A stretch of DNA of 45,623 bases. It comes from an uncultured Bacteroides sp. GTDB taxonomy: Bacteria; Bacillota; Clostridia; Christensenellales; CAG-917. The translations under genes and the position numbers were made by a program. The notes beneath the pieces were generated by a model. The model had not been told where the DNA came from and did not search any database. It saw nothing but the letters and a program-made list of their open reading frames with translations. The stretch spans positions 1-45,623 of the forward strand of contig CAZCKS010000004.1 in the NCBI GenBank assembly GCA_964499325.1, written 5' to 3'. This document shows positions 8,069-17,688 of this stretch, one piece after another. The stretch's first letter is position 1. Each line of letters begins with the position of its first letter.

Positions 8069-9980
8069 AATTAAGAAAGCAAAATCCAATCTTCTTTATA
8101 ATCCAACAAAAAGACTGTCGGCAATAGCATTGCTGATGGTCTTTTTGTTTTGTGCGGTTTTTGCAAAAATGATAGCAGTAATGCTTGTCGAGGGCAAATC
8201 GTTGCAAGTGAAGGCAATAGGGCAATGGTTAAGAGATGTTCCTACAGAGGCGTCAAGGGGAAGTATACTCGATAAAAACGGTAAAGTGCTTGCGTCGACA
8301 GCCACGAGATACACTCTTTATGTGCGCCCGAGCGATACGAGCGATAAGGAAAAAGTCGCTCAAACTTTATGCGATGTGTTTGGCTATGAATACGAAAGCA
8401 CGCTTGCCAAAATATCCAAAAGAGCAAGCGAAGTGACGGTTGCCACGGGGGTGAGCAAGGAGCAACTTACAAAGATTTTTGACAGCGGTCTTGACGGAAT
8501 ATATTATGCTGAAGACAATTATCGCTATTATCCGTATGGCGATTTTATGACGCAACTTTTGGGGTTTTGCAGTAGCGACGGATACGGACAGACGGGAATT
8601 GAGGCATATTATAACAAATATCTTACAGGGGTAGACGGGTACATTCTTTCAGAGGCGGATTTGGTCGGGCGCAAGATTGACGGAACAAGCGGATATTATT
8701 TGCCATCCATTGCCGGAATGAACGTTGTTACGACGTTGGACGCAGGTATTCAAAGCATTGTCGAGGGCGCAGTGCGCAATGCGGTAAGTAAATTCAACCC
8801 CAAAGGGGTTGCTTGTGTGGTTATGGATTATACAAACGGGGATATTGTCGCGCTTTGCGAGTATCCGTCTTTTGACTTGAACGATGTGCCGCGAGATGAT
8901 CTTCAGTCGTTGTTCGAGATGTCTAAAAGTCGAATAATTTCTACGGTATACGAGCCTGGTTCGACTTTCAAAATTTTGACTGCGGCGTCGGCGTTAGACA
9001 ACGGAAGTATAAAGGAGAGCGATAGATTTTATTGCGCAGGTTCCAAGATTGTGGACGGTAAAAAGATTCGGTGTTGGAAATCCAAAGGGCACGGCTCCAT
9101 TGATTTTGGTGAAGGCGTCGAGGGAAGTTGCAACTGCGTTTTTATGGATTGCGCATTGCGGATGGGGACGGACGTGTTTTACGATTATTTGCGCGCTTTC
9201 GGACTTGCGAGCAAAACGGGTATAGATATGACGGGGGAAACGAGCGGTATATTTATAAGTCAAAATTCTGTCAAAAACGTGGACTTGGCAAGAATAGGAT
9301 TCGGACAAGCGGTGGCAGTGACTCCTATAGGGCTATTGAGTGCGACTTCGGCGGTTGTCAACGGCGGATTAAAAGTGTCTCCTCATGTGATGAAAGAGAT
9401 AAGGAGCGTTGACGGCAAAACCATATCGCCGACGCTGTCGGGTGGCGAGAGAGTAATATCGCAAAGCACGTCAGACACCATGCGCAGACTTTTGCAAAGG
9501 GTAGTTACCAACGGAAGCGGAAAGGGGGCATACGTGCCCGGGTATGAAATTCTCGGAAAGACGGGCACTGCGCAAAAGTATGAAAACGGCTCTATCGCGC
9601 GAGGGAAATATATATCTTCGTTTTTAGGTTTTTCGGTGACGGAGGGTGCGAATTACGGAGTGCTTTTTATTGTCGATGAACCGCAAGGATATATGTATTA
9701 TGGCTCTCTTGTGGCATGTCCGATGGTGGGTGACATTTTTGAAAGCATATTTGCATATCTCGATATTGAGCCAAATTATACCGGCAAAGAGAAAGATGTT
9801 ATCGGCGACGAGTTTGAATTGCCGTCGTTTGAAGGGCTGAGTGTATCGTCGGCAAGGGCGCAACTTGCAAAATTGGGCTTGTATTGCGAAATTGACGGCG
9901 AGGGCGACGTTGTAAAGGAGCAATATCCCGTTGCAGGCGTAAAAGTTGATAAGAGAAACGTCGTGTTGCTACTCACGTGA
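8052..9980 (+). CDS. spoVD: Class B penicillin-binding protein SpoVD with C-terminal PASTA domain
   Basis: RGSILDKNG, RYYPYG, STFK / SCN / KTG motifs; dcw position. Confidence 0.88.
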   Translation: MKFASKIKKAKSNLLYNPTKRLSAIALLMVFLFCAVFAKMIAVMLVEGKSLQVKAIGQWLRDVPTEASRGSILDKNGKVLASTATRYTLYVRPSDTSDKEKVAQTLCDVFGYEYESTLAKISKRASEVTVATGVSKEQLTKIFDSGLDGIYYAEDNYRYYPYGDFMTQLLGFCSSDGYGQTGIEAYYNKYLTGVDGYILSEADLVGRKIDGTSGYYLPSIAGMNVVTTLDAGIQSIVEGAVRNAVSKFNPKGVACVVMDYTNGDIVALCEYPSFDLNDVPRDDLQSLFEMSKSRIISTVYEPGSTFKILTAASALDNGSIKESDRFYCAGSKIVDGKKIRCWKSKGHGSIDFGEGVEGSCNCVFMDCALRMGTDVFYDYLRAFGLASKTGIDMTGETSGIFISQNSVKNVDLARIGFGQAVAVTPIGLLSATSAVVNGGLKVSPHVMKEIRSVDGKTISPTLSGGERVISQSTSDTMRRLLQRVVTNGSGKGAYVPGYEILGKTGTAQKYENGSIARGKYISSFLGFSVTEGANYGVLFIVDEPQGYMYYGSLVACPMVGDIFESIFAYLDIEPNYTGKEKDVIGDEFELPSFEGLSVSSARAQLAKLGLYCEIDGEGDVVKEQYPVAGVKVDKRNVVLLLT

Positions 9981-10035
9981 GTTGAAAAGATTTTCCGTTT
10001 GCGACTTATTTTGCGGTTGGGTTGAATATGGTGAC

Positions 10036-10057
10036 TACACTCATTATGATGAGTGTA
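10036..10057. promoter_or_regulatory. Perfect inverted repeat upstream of murE
   Basis: TACACTCAT-TATG-ATGAGTGTA, no U-tract. Confidence 0.5.
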
Positions 10058-10080
10058 TCAATCCTTAAAGGAGTTACCTT

Positions 10081-11517
10081 ATGAAACTTGAAAAATTACT
10101 CGAAGATATTGAAGTATTGCAATGCACCGCAGATTTGACAAGAGAGATAAACGGCATCAAGATTAGTTCTCAATCGGTTGAGGACGGCGATATGTTTGTG
10201 TGTATGGAGGGGGCGCGCGACGACGGTAATAATTATATCGACACGATAGATAAATCCTTTGTCGTGCTCACTCAAAAGGTTCCGTCTATAGACGTAGAGT
10301 ATGTGCTTGTCAAAGACGTGCGCAAGGCGTATGCGCTCGTGTGTGAAAACTATTTTTTACATCCGCTCGACGGAATGAAATTCGTTGCGGTCGTGGGGAC
10401 AAATGGAAAGACAAGCACAGCGCATTATATAAATTCAATCTTGACTTTTGCAGGTGTTAAAACTGGGCTTATCGGCACGGAGGGGCATTACATTCTCGAT
10501 GAAAAAGTCGGACAGAGCCTGACTACGCCCAATCCGTTTGAACTTAACGAATTATTCTTTAAGATGCGAGCGAGAGGAGTTGACGTTGTCATTGCAGAAG
10601 TGTCTGCACATGCCATTTTCCTTGAAAAATTAGGGGATATAAAGGCGGATGTGGGGGTATTGACCAACGTATCGCAAGACCATTTGGATTATTTCAAAGA
10701 TTTTTCTGAGTATCGAGGAGTCAAGATGTCTTTTTTTGAAAACGGCGGTTGCAAAAAAGCGATCGTAAACGTCGATGACGAAAGCGGGCGCATTCTTCTT
10801 GAACGGTTGGAGAGCAGAGAGGATGTGGACAGAATAAGTTACGGGCTTTATAATCCTGCGGATAACTTTGCAATCAACGTAAGAGAGGACATTGACGGAA
10901 TTGCGTTTGTGGCAAATCTTTGCGACGAGATAGCGGATGTAAAGTGTAAACTGTACGGAGAGTTTAACGTATACAATTTGCTCGGTGCAATGAGTGTGGC
11001 AAAAGAGTTGGGCGTCGACGTGCAAATAATTTCTCACGCCGTGCGCAAGATAAAGAGCGTAAAGGGCAGATTTTCCGTGCTCAAATGCGAAAAAGGTACG
11101 ATTATAATCGATTATGCCCATACGCCTGACGGCATGAAAAACCTGCTTTCCACCGCAAGGACGATAACGAAATCACGCTTGATAACTGTGTTTGGTTGCG
11201 GAGGCGAAAGAGATAAATCTAAACGCGCGATTATGGGAAAAATCGCATCTGAATACAGCGATTTCATCATTCTCACCAGCGACAATCCTCGAAACGAAGA
11301 TCCGCTTGACATAATCAAGCAAATAGAATGGGGCGTTACCATAAAGGATGTGAAATGTATTGTTGACAGGTGTGAGGCGGTGCGATTTGCTCTTGCGGAA
11401 ATGGAGGAGGGCGATACGCTTGTAATTGCAGGCAAGGGCAGTGAAAGTTGCCTTGAAATAAAGGGCAGAAAGATACCCTATAGCGATTTTGACGTAGTGG
11501 CGAGATATGCAAGATGA
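10081..11517 (+). CDS. murE: UDP-MurNAc-dipeptide--meso-DAP ligase
   Basis: GTNGKTST, DHLDY, DYAHTPD, FGCGG, DNPR (meso-DAP type). Confidence 0.95.
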   Translation: MKLEKLLEDIEVLQCTADLTREINGIKISSQSVEDGDMFVCMEGARDDGNNYIDTIDKSFVVLTQKVPSIDVEYVLVKDVRKAYALVCENYFLHPLDGMKFVAVVGTNGKTSTAHYINSILTFAGVKTGLIGTEGHYILDEKVGQSLTTPNPFELNELFFKMRARGVDVVIAEVSAHAIFLEKLGDIKADVGVLTNVSQDHLDYFKDFSEYRGVKMSFFENGGCKKAIVNVDDESGRILLERLESREDVDRISYGLYNPADNFAINVREDIDGIAFVANLCDEIADVKCKLYGEFNVYNLLGAMSVAKELGVDVQIISHAVRKIKSVKGRFSVLKCEKGTIIIDYAHTPDGMKNLLSTARTITKSRLITVFGCGGERDKSKRAIMGKIASEYSDFIILTSDNPRNEDPLDIIKQIEWGVTIKDVKCIVDRCEAVRFALAEMEEGDTLVIAGKGSESCLEIKGRKIPYSDFDVVARYAR

Positions 11518-12515
11518 GCGCGCTTAATAAAATTCTCGTATACTTTGTTTGTTCTATAGCCATATCGGTAGCGATTGCGCCGTTGGTTATTAAACTTATG
11601 AGCAAACTTAAAGCCAAACAGACGGTGCTGGGCTATGTCAAACAGCACTCGCAAAAGAGCGGAACGCCTACTATGGGCGGATTTATATTCCTATTGCCTA
11701 CATTGGTGTTTTCGCTTATTGAAATGAGGCGCTTTTCAGTTGTTGCGATTGCGATAACGATGGGCTTTTGCGTGTTGGGATTCTTGGACGATTATATTAA
11801 AATCCGCTATTCTCGCAATTTGGGGTTGAAGCCGTATCAAAAGATTATCGGACAAGTTGGGTTAGGCATTGCCGTGGGTTATTTCGTGTATGCGTCCGAA
11901 TTTGTGGGAAGTAGCGTTGAATTGCCGTTTACAACTTCCACATTGGATTTAAAATGGGGGATAATCCCTTTTGTCGCATTGGTGTACATCGCAACTACAA
12001 ATTCTGTAAATCTTACCGACGGACTTGATGGGCTTGCCGGATATACGTCTGTTGTATATTTTTTGTGGTTTACGATTTTTATATTCTTAGAATATAACGA
12101 TGCCTGTATGTCGGGAGACGAGGGGTATGCAAGCGAGATTTTTTCGTTGTGTGTTTTTTGCATATCTATGCTCGGAGGCTTGCTCGGTTATCTCATATTC
12201 AATGGCTATCCGGCTAAAATCATGATGGGCGATACGGGTTCTCTGGCATTGGGAGCAGGCTGTGCAACGGTTGCGGTTTTTATGAAAAATCCGCTTTTAA
12301 TCGTGACGTCAGGCATAATGTTTGTGTGGTCCAGCATATCAGTTATATTGCAGGTGATTTCCTTTAAACTCACAAAGAAACGTGTTTTTCTCATGGCGCC
12401 ATTTCATCATCATCTTGAAATGAAGGGGTATCACGAGAGTAAAATTGTTACGATATATTTTGTTGTGAGTATGATTGGGGGCGCGCTGACATTGATATTT
12501 GCGAGGACTATATGA
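11514..12515 (+). CDS. mraY: Phospho-MurNAc-pentapeptide transferase
   Basis: KSGTPTMGG, GFLDD, NLTDGLDGL, MGDTGS, MAPFHHHLE. Confidence 0.97.
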   Translation: MSALNKILVYFVCSIAISVAIAPLVIKLMSKLKAKQTVLGYVKQHSQKSGTPTMGGFIFLLPTLVFSLIEMRRFSVVAIAITMGFCVLGFLDDYIKIRYSRNLGLKPYQKIIGQVGLGIAVGYFVYASEFVGSSVELPFTTSTLDLKWGIIPFVALVYIATTNSVNLTDGLDGLAGYTSVVYFLWFTIFIFLEYNDACMSGDEGYASEIFSLCVFCISMLGGLLGYLIFNGYPAKIMMGDTGSLALGAGCATVAVFMKNPLLIVTSGIMFVWSSISVILQVISFKLTKKRVFLMAPFHHHLEMKGYHESKIVTIYFVVSMIGGALTLIFARTI

Positions 12516-13831
12516 GATTTGTCGGCAAACACGTCGTTGTTTACGGCGCCGGAATGAGTGGTATTGCGGCTTACGAATTGGTAAGAGAAAAGGGTGCGAA
12601 AGCGATTATATATGACGACGATATTGATGCACATAGGGCAACTAACAGCAAGGGTGTTTTTGACGGGGCGGATATGATTGTGTTAAGCCCCGGTGTTGAC
12701 GCAAATAAAGATTTTATTCTCGACGCAAGGTTGGACGGCACGATTGTAATGAGTGAACTTGCACTTGCATCCTCACTTTGCGTTGCAGAACAAATTGCGG
12801 TTACTGGCACCAATGGTAAGACAACTACGACTATGCTTATAGATTATGTCTTAAAAAGGGCAGGGTTACATTCACATGCGGTTGGCAACATCGGCGTACC
12901 CTTTTGCTCCATTGCCGACAAACTTGACGCAACGGAGATTGCCGTCATAGAAGCGAGCAGTTTTCAACTTGAAAACAGTCCCTCGTTTGCTCCAGATATC
13001 TCCGTGATGTTGAATATATTTCCGGACCATTTGTCAAGGCACAAAACCATGCAAAACTACATATCGGCAAAGTCCAATATTTTCCTAAAACAGAGCGAGC
13101 AGGATTATATTGTCTACAATGCCGATGATGAGAATATTTGTGCGCTGACAGGACAGATGGTTGCGCAAAAGGTGCCTTTTAGCATGACAAGCGTGCAGAT
13201 GGACGGCGCATATATTTCATCGGGATTTGTGTGCTTTAAGGGTAAGCCTATTGTGGCATTGGAGGATGTGGATTTTGTCGGAAAAGAGATAGAAAACGTG
13301 CTTGCGAGCGTTGCGGTGTGCATGATAAAGGGAGTGTCGCCTTTTAACATTGCGTCGGCGATTACGGATTTTGCAAAGCCAATGTATCGCAGACAACTAT
13401 GTAAGATTATTGACGGCATAAAGGTGTACAATGACAGCAAGGCAACCAATGTGTCCGCATGCGTGTGTGCGTGCGAGTGCGTAAGTCGCACGGACGGCGA
13501 TTTCGTGCTTATCCTCGGCGGACAAAAGGGCGAGGAGGATTTTGTCGCATTATTCGAAGGGATAAAAAGAGATTGTGGAGATTCGCTCAAATATGTTGTC
13601 GCTTGCGGTCAAAACGCCGACGATATTTTTGCGTGTGCAACCAAGTTCGGAGTGGACGTTGTCGTAAGAGAGGCTTTGCAAGATGCCATATTTGTTGCGC
13701 TTGTCAAAGCGAGAGAGTGTGGCGCAAAAAGCATATTGTTTTCACCGTCGAGCAAAAGTTTTGACAAATATTCGTCCTTTGAGGAAAGGGGGCGGATATT
13801 CGACGCACTTGTAAACGTAGTGGCAAAATAA
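12512..13831 (+). CDS. murD: UDP-MurNAc-L-Ala--D-Glu ligase
   Basis: SPGV, TGTNGKTTTT, EASSFQLE, PDHLSRH, NDSKATN, SFD..FEERG. Confidence 0.95.
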   Translation: MRFVGKHVVVYGAGMSGIAAYELVREKGAKAIIYDDDIDAHRATNSKGVFDGADMIVLSPGVDANKDFILDARLDGTIVMSELALASSLCVAEQIAVTGTNGKTTTTMLIDYVLKRAGLHSHAVGNIGVPFCSIADKLDATEIAVIEASSFQLENSPSFAPDISVMLNIFPDHLSRHKTMQNYISAKSNIFLKQSEQDYIVYNADDENICALTGQMVAQKVPFSMTSVQMDGAYISSGFVCFKGKPIVALEDVDFVGKEIENVLASVAVCMIKGVSPFNIASAITDFAKPMYRRQLCKIIDGIKVYNDSKATNVSACVCACECVSRTDGDFVLILGGQKGEEDFVALFEGIKRDCGDSLKYVVACGQNADDIFACATKFGVDVVVREALQDAIFVALVKARECGAKSILFSPSSKSFDKYSSFEERGRIFDALVNVVAK

Positions 13832-13835
13832 GAGT

Positions 13836-15068
13836 ATGAGAGGCGGTGTTCTCGGAGGCGAAAAAACGCGCGTGCGCGATCTGCGCGCGCAAACTCGTGC
13901 GCATAGGCGTGCGCATGTAGGCGTGGATATTGGCGTTAACGGCGGTATTTTGCAAAGAGGAAAACCCGATTATATATTGATTGCTTGCGCGCTAATTTTG
14001 TCGATTATTGGACTTGTTTTTATATATTCGGCGTCCTGTTATAGCGCGAAAATCGAGAGCGGAGACGCTTTTCATTACGTGAAAACACAAGGCGTTGCGC
14101 TTGTTATTGGCGTATTTGCAATGACGCTAATTTCTATGCTCGACACAGAGGTTATTCGCAAGTTCGCGCCCATGTTATACATCATGGGATTAGTATTGCT
14201 TGCGCTTGTTTTCTTGCCTGTCATCGGCGTTGAGAGTTACGGCGCAAAGAGATGGCTTAACTTGGGCTTTTTTACAATTCAGCCTTCAGAATACGCCAAA
14301 TTTTTTATGGTTATTGCAATTTCTGCCTTTGCAAGCAGGGCGGATATGCGAAGATTTAGAAATGTTTTGGCAGTGCTCTGTATAGGCGGTGCGGTGTGTC
14401 TTTTGCTAATACTCGAGCCAAACATGTCAATCACTATCTGCGTTGCAGGCGTGATTTTTATAATGCTGTTCGTATGCGGAGCAAAGCCCTTACATCTTGC
14501 GCTTTTGGTTATTCCTGCAATCGTCGGCGCCGTTGTGCTTGTGCTTATGGAGCCGTACAGATTGCAACGCCTCATTGCCTTTGCCGATCCTTGGAGTTCT
14601 CCGTTGGAAGAAGGGTATCAACTCATTCAATCTTACTATGCGTTGGGCAGTGGCGGATTGTTCGGGGTAGGACTATTTAATTCCAGACAAAAATATTTGT
14701 TTTTACCATTTGCAGAAAGCGATTTTATACTGTCCGTTATAGGAGAAGAAACGGGAATTGTAGGCGTGCTCTTTGTTGTGTTGCTGTTTGTTATTTTCAC
14801 GGTAAGAGGCGTGCGTATAGCAAAGAGAGCAAGAGATAGATTTTCTTGTTATCTTGCGCTCGGAATAAGTGCGATTGCAGGCATACAGTCTCTTTTAAAC
14901 ATAGCGGTGGTTTGTGGGGCGATACCGCCGACGGGATTGCCTCTGCCGTTCGTGAGCGCGGGCGGAAGTTCGCTTGTGGCATATTTTTGTGCAACGGGAG
15001 TGCTGACGTCTATTTCTAAAAATGCGTGTCCGTATCTTTCTGTGGAGGATTTCAAGTCACGCAATTAA
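13836..15068 (+). CDS. spoVE: SEDS glycosyltransferase SpoVE/FtsW (start codon uncertain)
   Basis: GAKRW, IQPSE, GYQLIQS, LPFAESDFI, PPTGLPLPFVSAGGSS. Confidence 0.88.
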   Translation: MRGGVLGGEKTRVRDLRAQTRAHRRAHVGVDIGVNGGILQRGKPDYILIACALILSIIGLVFIYSASCYSAKIESGDAFHYVKTQGVALVIGVFAMTLISMLDTEVIRKFAPMLYIMGLVLLALVFLPVIGVESYGAKRWLNLGFFTIQPSEYAKFFMVIAISAFASRADMRRFRNVLAVLCIGGAVCLLLILEPNMSITICVAGVIFIMLFVCGAKPLHLALLVIPAIVGAVVLVLMEPYRLQRLIAFADPWSSPLEEGYQLIQSYYALGSGGLFGVGLFNSRQKYLFLPFAESDFILSVIGEETGIVGVLFVVLLFVIFTVRGVRIAKRARDRFSCYLALGISAIAGIQSLLNIAVVCGAIPPTGLPLPFVSAGGSSLVAYFCATGVLTSISKNACPYLSVEDFKSRN

Positions 15069-15096
15069 AAAAACAATCACACAATGTAGGGTGGGT

Positions 15097-16362
15097 ATGT
15101 ATTTTAAAATCAAGGGCGGAAACGAGTTGAGTGGAAGAGTGACGATACACGGCGCAAAAAACGCCGTTCTTCCACTTATGGCAATGGGAATATTAACTGA
15201 CGAAACTGTAATCATTGACGATTGCCCGCACATAAGCGACGTTGACGCAATGTGCAAACTGCTGGCAAATTTGGGAGTTAAAGTCGTGCGCGAGGGCAGG
15301 CGCATAAGTGTGTGTACGCGTGCCGAGCGCACGTGCGCAAGCGAGGATTTGTGCAAAGACATGCGTTCGTCCATGTTTATGCTCGGTGCTCTTTTGGCGT
15401 CGAGAGGAGAGGCGCAAATTTCTTTGCCTGGCGGATGCAAAATAGGTCAAAGACCTATGGATATACATATCGACGGCTTGAGGGCTATGGGCGCTCATAC
15501 GGAATATACCCAAGACGGACTGACGTGTTATGCTCAAAAATTACACGGTGTGGATTACGTTATGAAATATCCGAGCGTCGGCGCAACGGAAAATCTGCTT
15601 ATGTGCGCTTCGATTGCCGAGGGACGTACGACATTGATAAATTGTGCGAGGGAGCCGGAGATTGTGTCGCTTGTAGACGGATTGAGGGCTATGGGCGCGC
15701 GCATAGAAGGGGAAGGCACTTCGGTAATACGCATAGACGGCGTGGATAAACTGGGCGGATGTCGCATAACGCCCGTTGCGGATAGGATAGTCGCGGGCAC
15801 GTATTTGTGTGCGGTTGCGCTTTGTGGAGGCGATGTTCGAATTGACGGAATAGGAGAGAGATATTTGCAATCGCTTTTGGGAGTGTTACGCTCAAAGGAT
15901 TGCAAGATTGACGGCGATGAAAATTCATTGCGCATTCTTTCAAACGGGCGCACGCACGCGATGAATATCACAACGTCGCCATATCCGCTTTTTCCAACAG
16001 ATTTACAACCGCAGATTTTTGCTTGCGCAACTTTTGCCGACGGAGTGAGTAGAATTAGGGAGACAGTATTTGAGAATAGGTTTTCTCACGCAAAAGAGTT
16101 TGAAAAACTCGGAGCGAAAACTATAATCGACGGCAATGTTTGCACTATTGTCGGAAAAGGATTCGCAGACAATTTTAACCTTGCGTCGCCTTGCGCATTG
16201 TATGCAAGCGATTTACGTGCGGGCGCAGGGCTTATGATAGGGGCGCTGAAAATAAAGGGAGAAATCGACGTGTTTGGAACACAATACATAGACAGGGGAT
16301 ATGAGAAAATAGAGGACGAATTTTGCGCTCTGGGCGGATATGTATTGCGCAAAAACGCATAA
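15097..16362 (+). CDS. murA: UDP-GlcNAc 1-carboxyvinyltransferase
   Basis: GAKNAVLP, LPGGCKIGQRP (active-site Cys), SVGATEN, FPTDLQ, DLRAG, IDRGYE. Confidence 0.96.
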   Translation: MYFKIKGGNELSGRVTIHGAKNAVLPLMAMGILTDETVIIDDCPHISDVDAMCKLLANLGVKVVREGRRISVCTRAERTCASEDLCKDMRSSMFMLGALLASRGEAQISLPGGCKIGQRPMDIHIDGLRAMGAHTEYTQDGLTCYAQKLHGVDYVMKYPSVGATENLLMCASIAEGRTTLINCAREPEIVSLVDGLRAMGARIEGEGTSVIRIDGVDKLGGCRITPVADRIVAGTYLCAVALCGGDVRIDGIGERYLQSLLGVLRSKDCKIDGDENSLRILSNGRTHAMNITTSPYPLFPTDLQPQIFACATFADGVSRIRETVFENRFSHAKEFEKLGAKTIIDGNVCTIVGKGFADNFNLASPCALYASDLRAGAGLMIGALKIKGEIDVFGTQYIDRGYEKIEDEFCALGGYVLRKNA

Positions 16363-16441
16363 TGATAGTGCCTATATCGACGATAAACGACGACTTTTGA
16401 TATTTTTTTACAAAATCCGATAATTTTTTACTAAAAATGCG

Positions 16442-16469
16442 TTGACACGATAAGTATTTTATATATAAT
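16442..16469 (+). promoter_or_regulatory. sigA promoter of ftsA-ftsZ
   Basis: TTGACA-N16-TATAAT. Confidence 0.65.
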
Positions 16470-16518
16470 ATTATATTATAAATATGCGCGCGCTTGCGCG
16501 ATAAAGATTGAGGAGAAT

Positions 16519-17688
16519 ATGAGTTCGATTTTTACAAAAGACATTGCCGTTCTTGACGTAAACTCTCGCCTTATAAGTGCCATTGTAGGTTCCAAAAGGG
16601 CGCAGAGCGTTTTCGGCATTAAGTCGATAATCGAAAAACAACATCAAGGGTATGAAAACGGAGAATGGTTTGACGAGGAAGACACCGTCGACGTGGCAAA
16701 ATCCGTTCTTCTTGATGCGATGAAGTCGGCAGATTCTCGCACAAAGCGTCTATTTATCGGCGTTCCGGCAGAGTTTATCAGTGTTGTTACCAAAGAGGTT
16801 AGCGTCCGTCTTGACAGACAACGCAGAGTGATTGACGACGACATCGATTATTTGCTTAAAAAAGGCGATGATTTCGATACTGAAAAATATTTGACAATCA
16901 ACACGTCCGCGATATATTATTCCGTAAACGGAGAAGATAAGATATACAACGACGTGCGCGATATGACAGCGACAAGAGTCGATGCTTGCGTGTCCTACAT
17001 GCTTTGCGAAAAAGGTTTTGTAAAGACCTTTGATGAGGTCGCCGAATCATTGGGGTTCAATGACGTGCGTTATGTTGCCACTTGCTGGGCAGAGGGCATG
17101 GCATTGCTTGAAAAGGAGCAACGCGACAGCGTATATATGCTTATCGACATCGGTTATCTCTCATCGTCGATATCCATTGCAAAGGGGGACGGCATTCTTG
17201 ATATGAAGTCCTTCTCGATGGGCGGAGCACATATCTGCGGAGACATTTTCGAGGCATTGGAAGTTCCGTTCGATATGGCGGAAGAGGCAAAACGTCTTGT
17301 GGATCTCAATCTCAACTACAGCGATGAAGCAGTGCTTGTGGGTGACGGCGAGAACGTCGTATACGCATCCGATGCTTGCGAGATTGCCAAAAACAGACTG
17401 GACGTATTTGTAGACATTCTTGCAGACGTGTTTAAAGAGATAGAAGAAGACGCACCGTCGTATATGCCTGTGTATCTTACGGGCGAGGGCATTGCCCCCA
17501 TGCGTGGCGCAAAGAAATATTTGAGTGAACAACTCGGTAAAAATATAGAAATCGTTACTCCGAAACTTCCTGGATTTGTCAAGCCTGACGATTGTTCCAA
17601 GGCGTCGTTGCTTGTGATGGCGGACAATCTCTCAAAGTTCGATTTCGGAGCGTTTATAAAAAAGATATTCAACGGAGGTAAAAAATGA
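16519..17688 (+). CDS. ftsA: Divergent FtsA (actin-like)
   Basis: Actin-fold motifs (VLDVNS, LIDIGY, MGGAHI, VYLTGEG), C-terminal amphipathic helix, 4-nt overlap with ftsZ. Confidence 0.8.
   Translation: MSSIFTKDIAVLDVNSRLISAIVGSKRAQSVFGIKSIIEKQHQGYENGEWFDEEDTVDVAKSVLLDAMKSADSRTKRLFIGVPAEFISVVTKEVSVRLDRQRRVIDDDIDYLLKKGDDFDTEKYLTINTSAIYYSVNGEDKIYNDVRDMTATRVDACVSYMLCEKGFVKTFDEVAESLGFNDVRYVATCWAEGMALLEKEQRDSVYMLIDIGYLSSSISIAKGDGILDMKSFSMGGAHICGDIFEALEVPFDMAEEAKRLVDLNLNYSDEAVLVGDGENVVYASDACEIAKNRLDVFVDILADVFKEIEEDAPSYMPVYLTGEGIAPMRGAKKYLSEQLGKNIEIVTPKLPGFVKPDDCSKASLLVMADNLSKFDFGAFIKKIFNGGKK

Noticed and set aside
13822-13835. GGCAAAATA 5 nt before the spoVE ATG as a sigF leaderless promoter
   Set aside because: No matching -35 at the right spacing, and it overlaps the murD stop; coupling to murD is the simpler explanation
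15424-15456. Fosfomycin-resistant MurA variant
   Set aside because: The active-site Cys is retained (LPGGCKIG), not replaced by Asp
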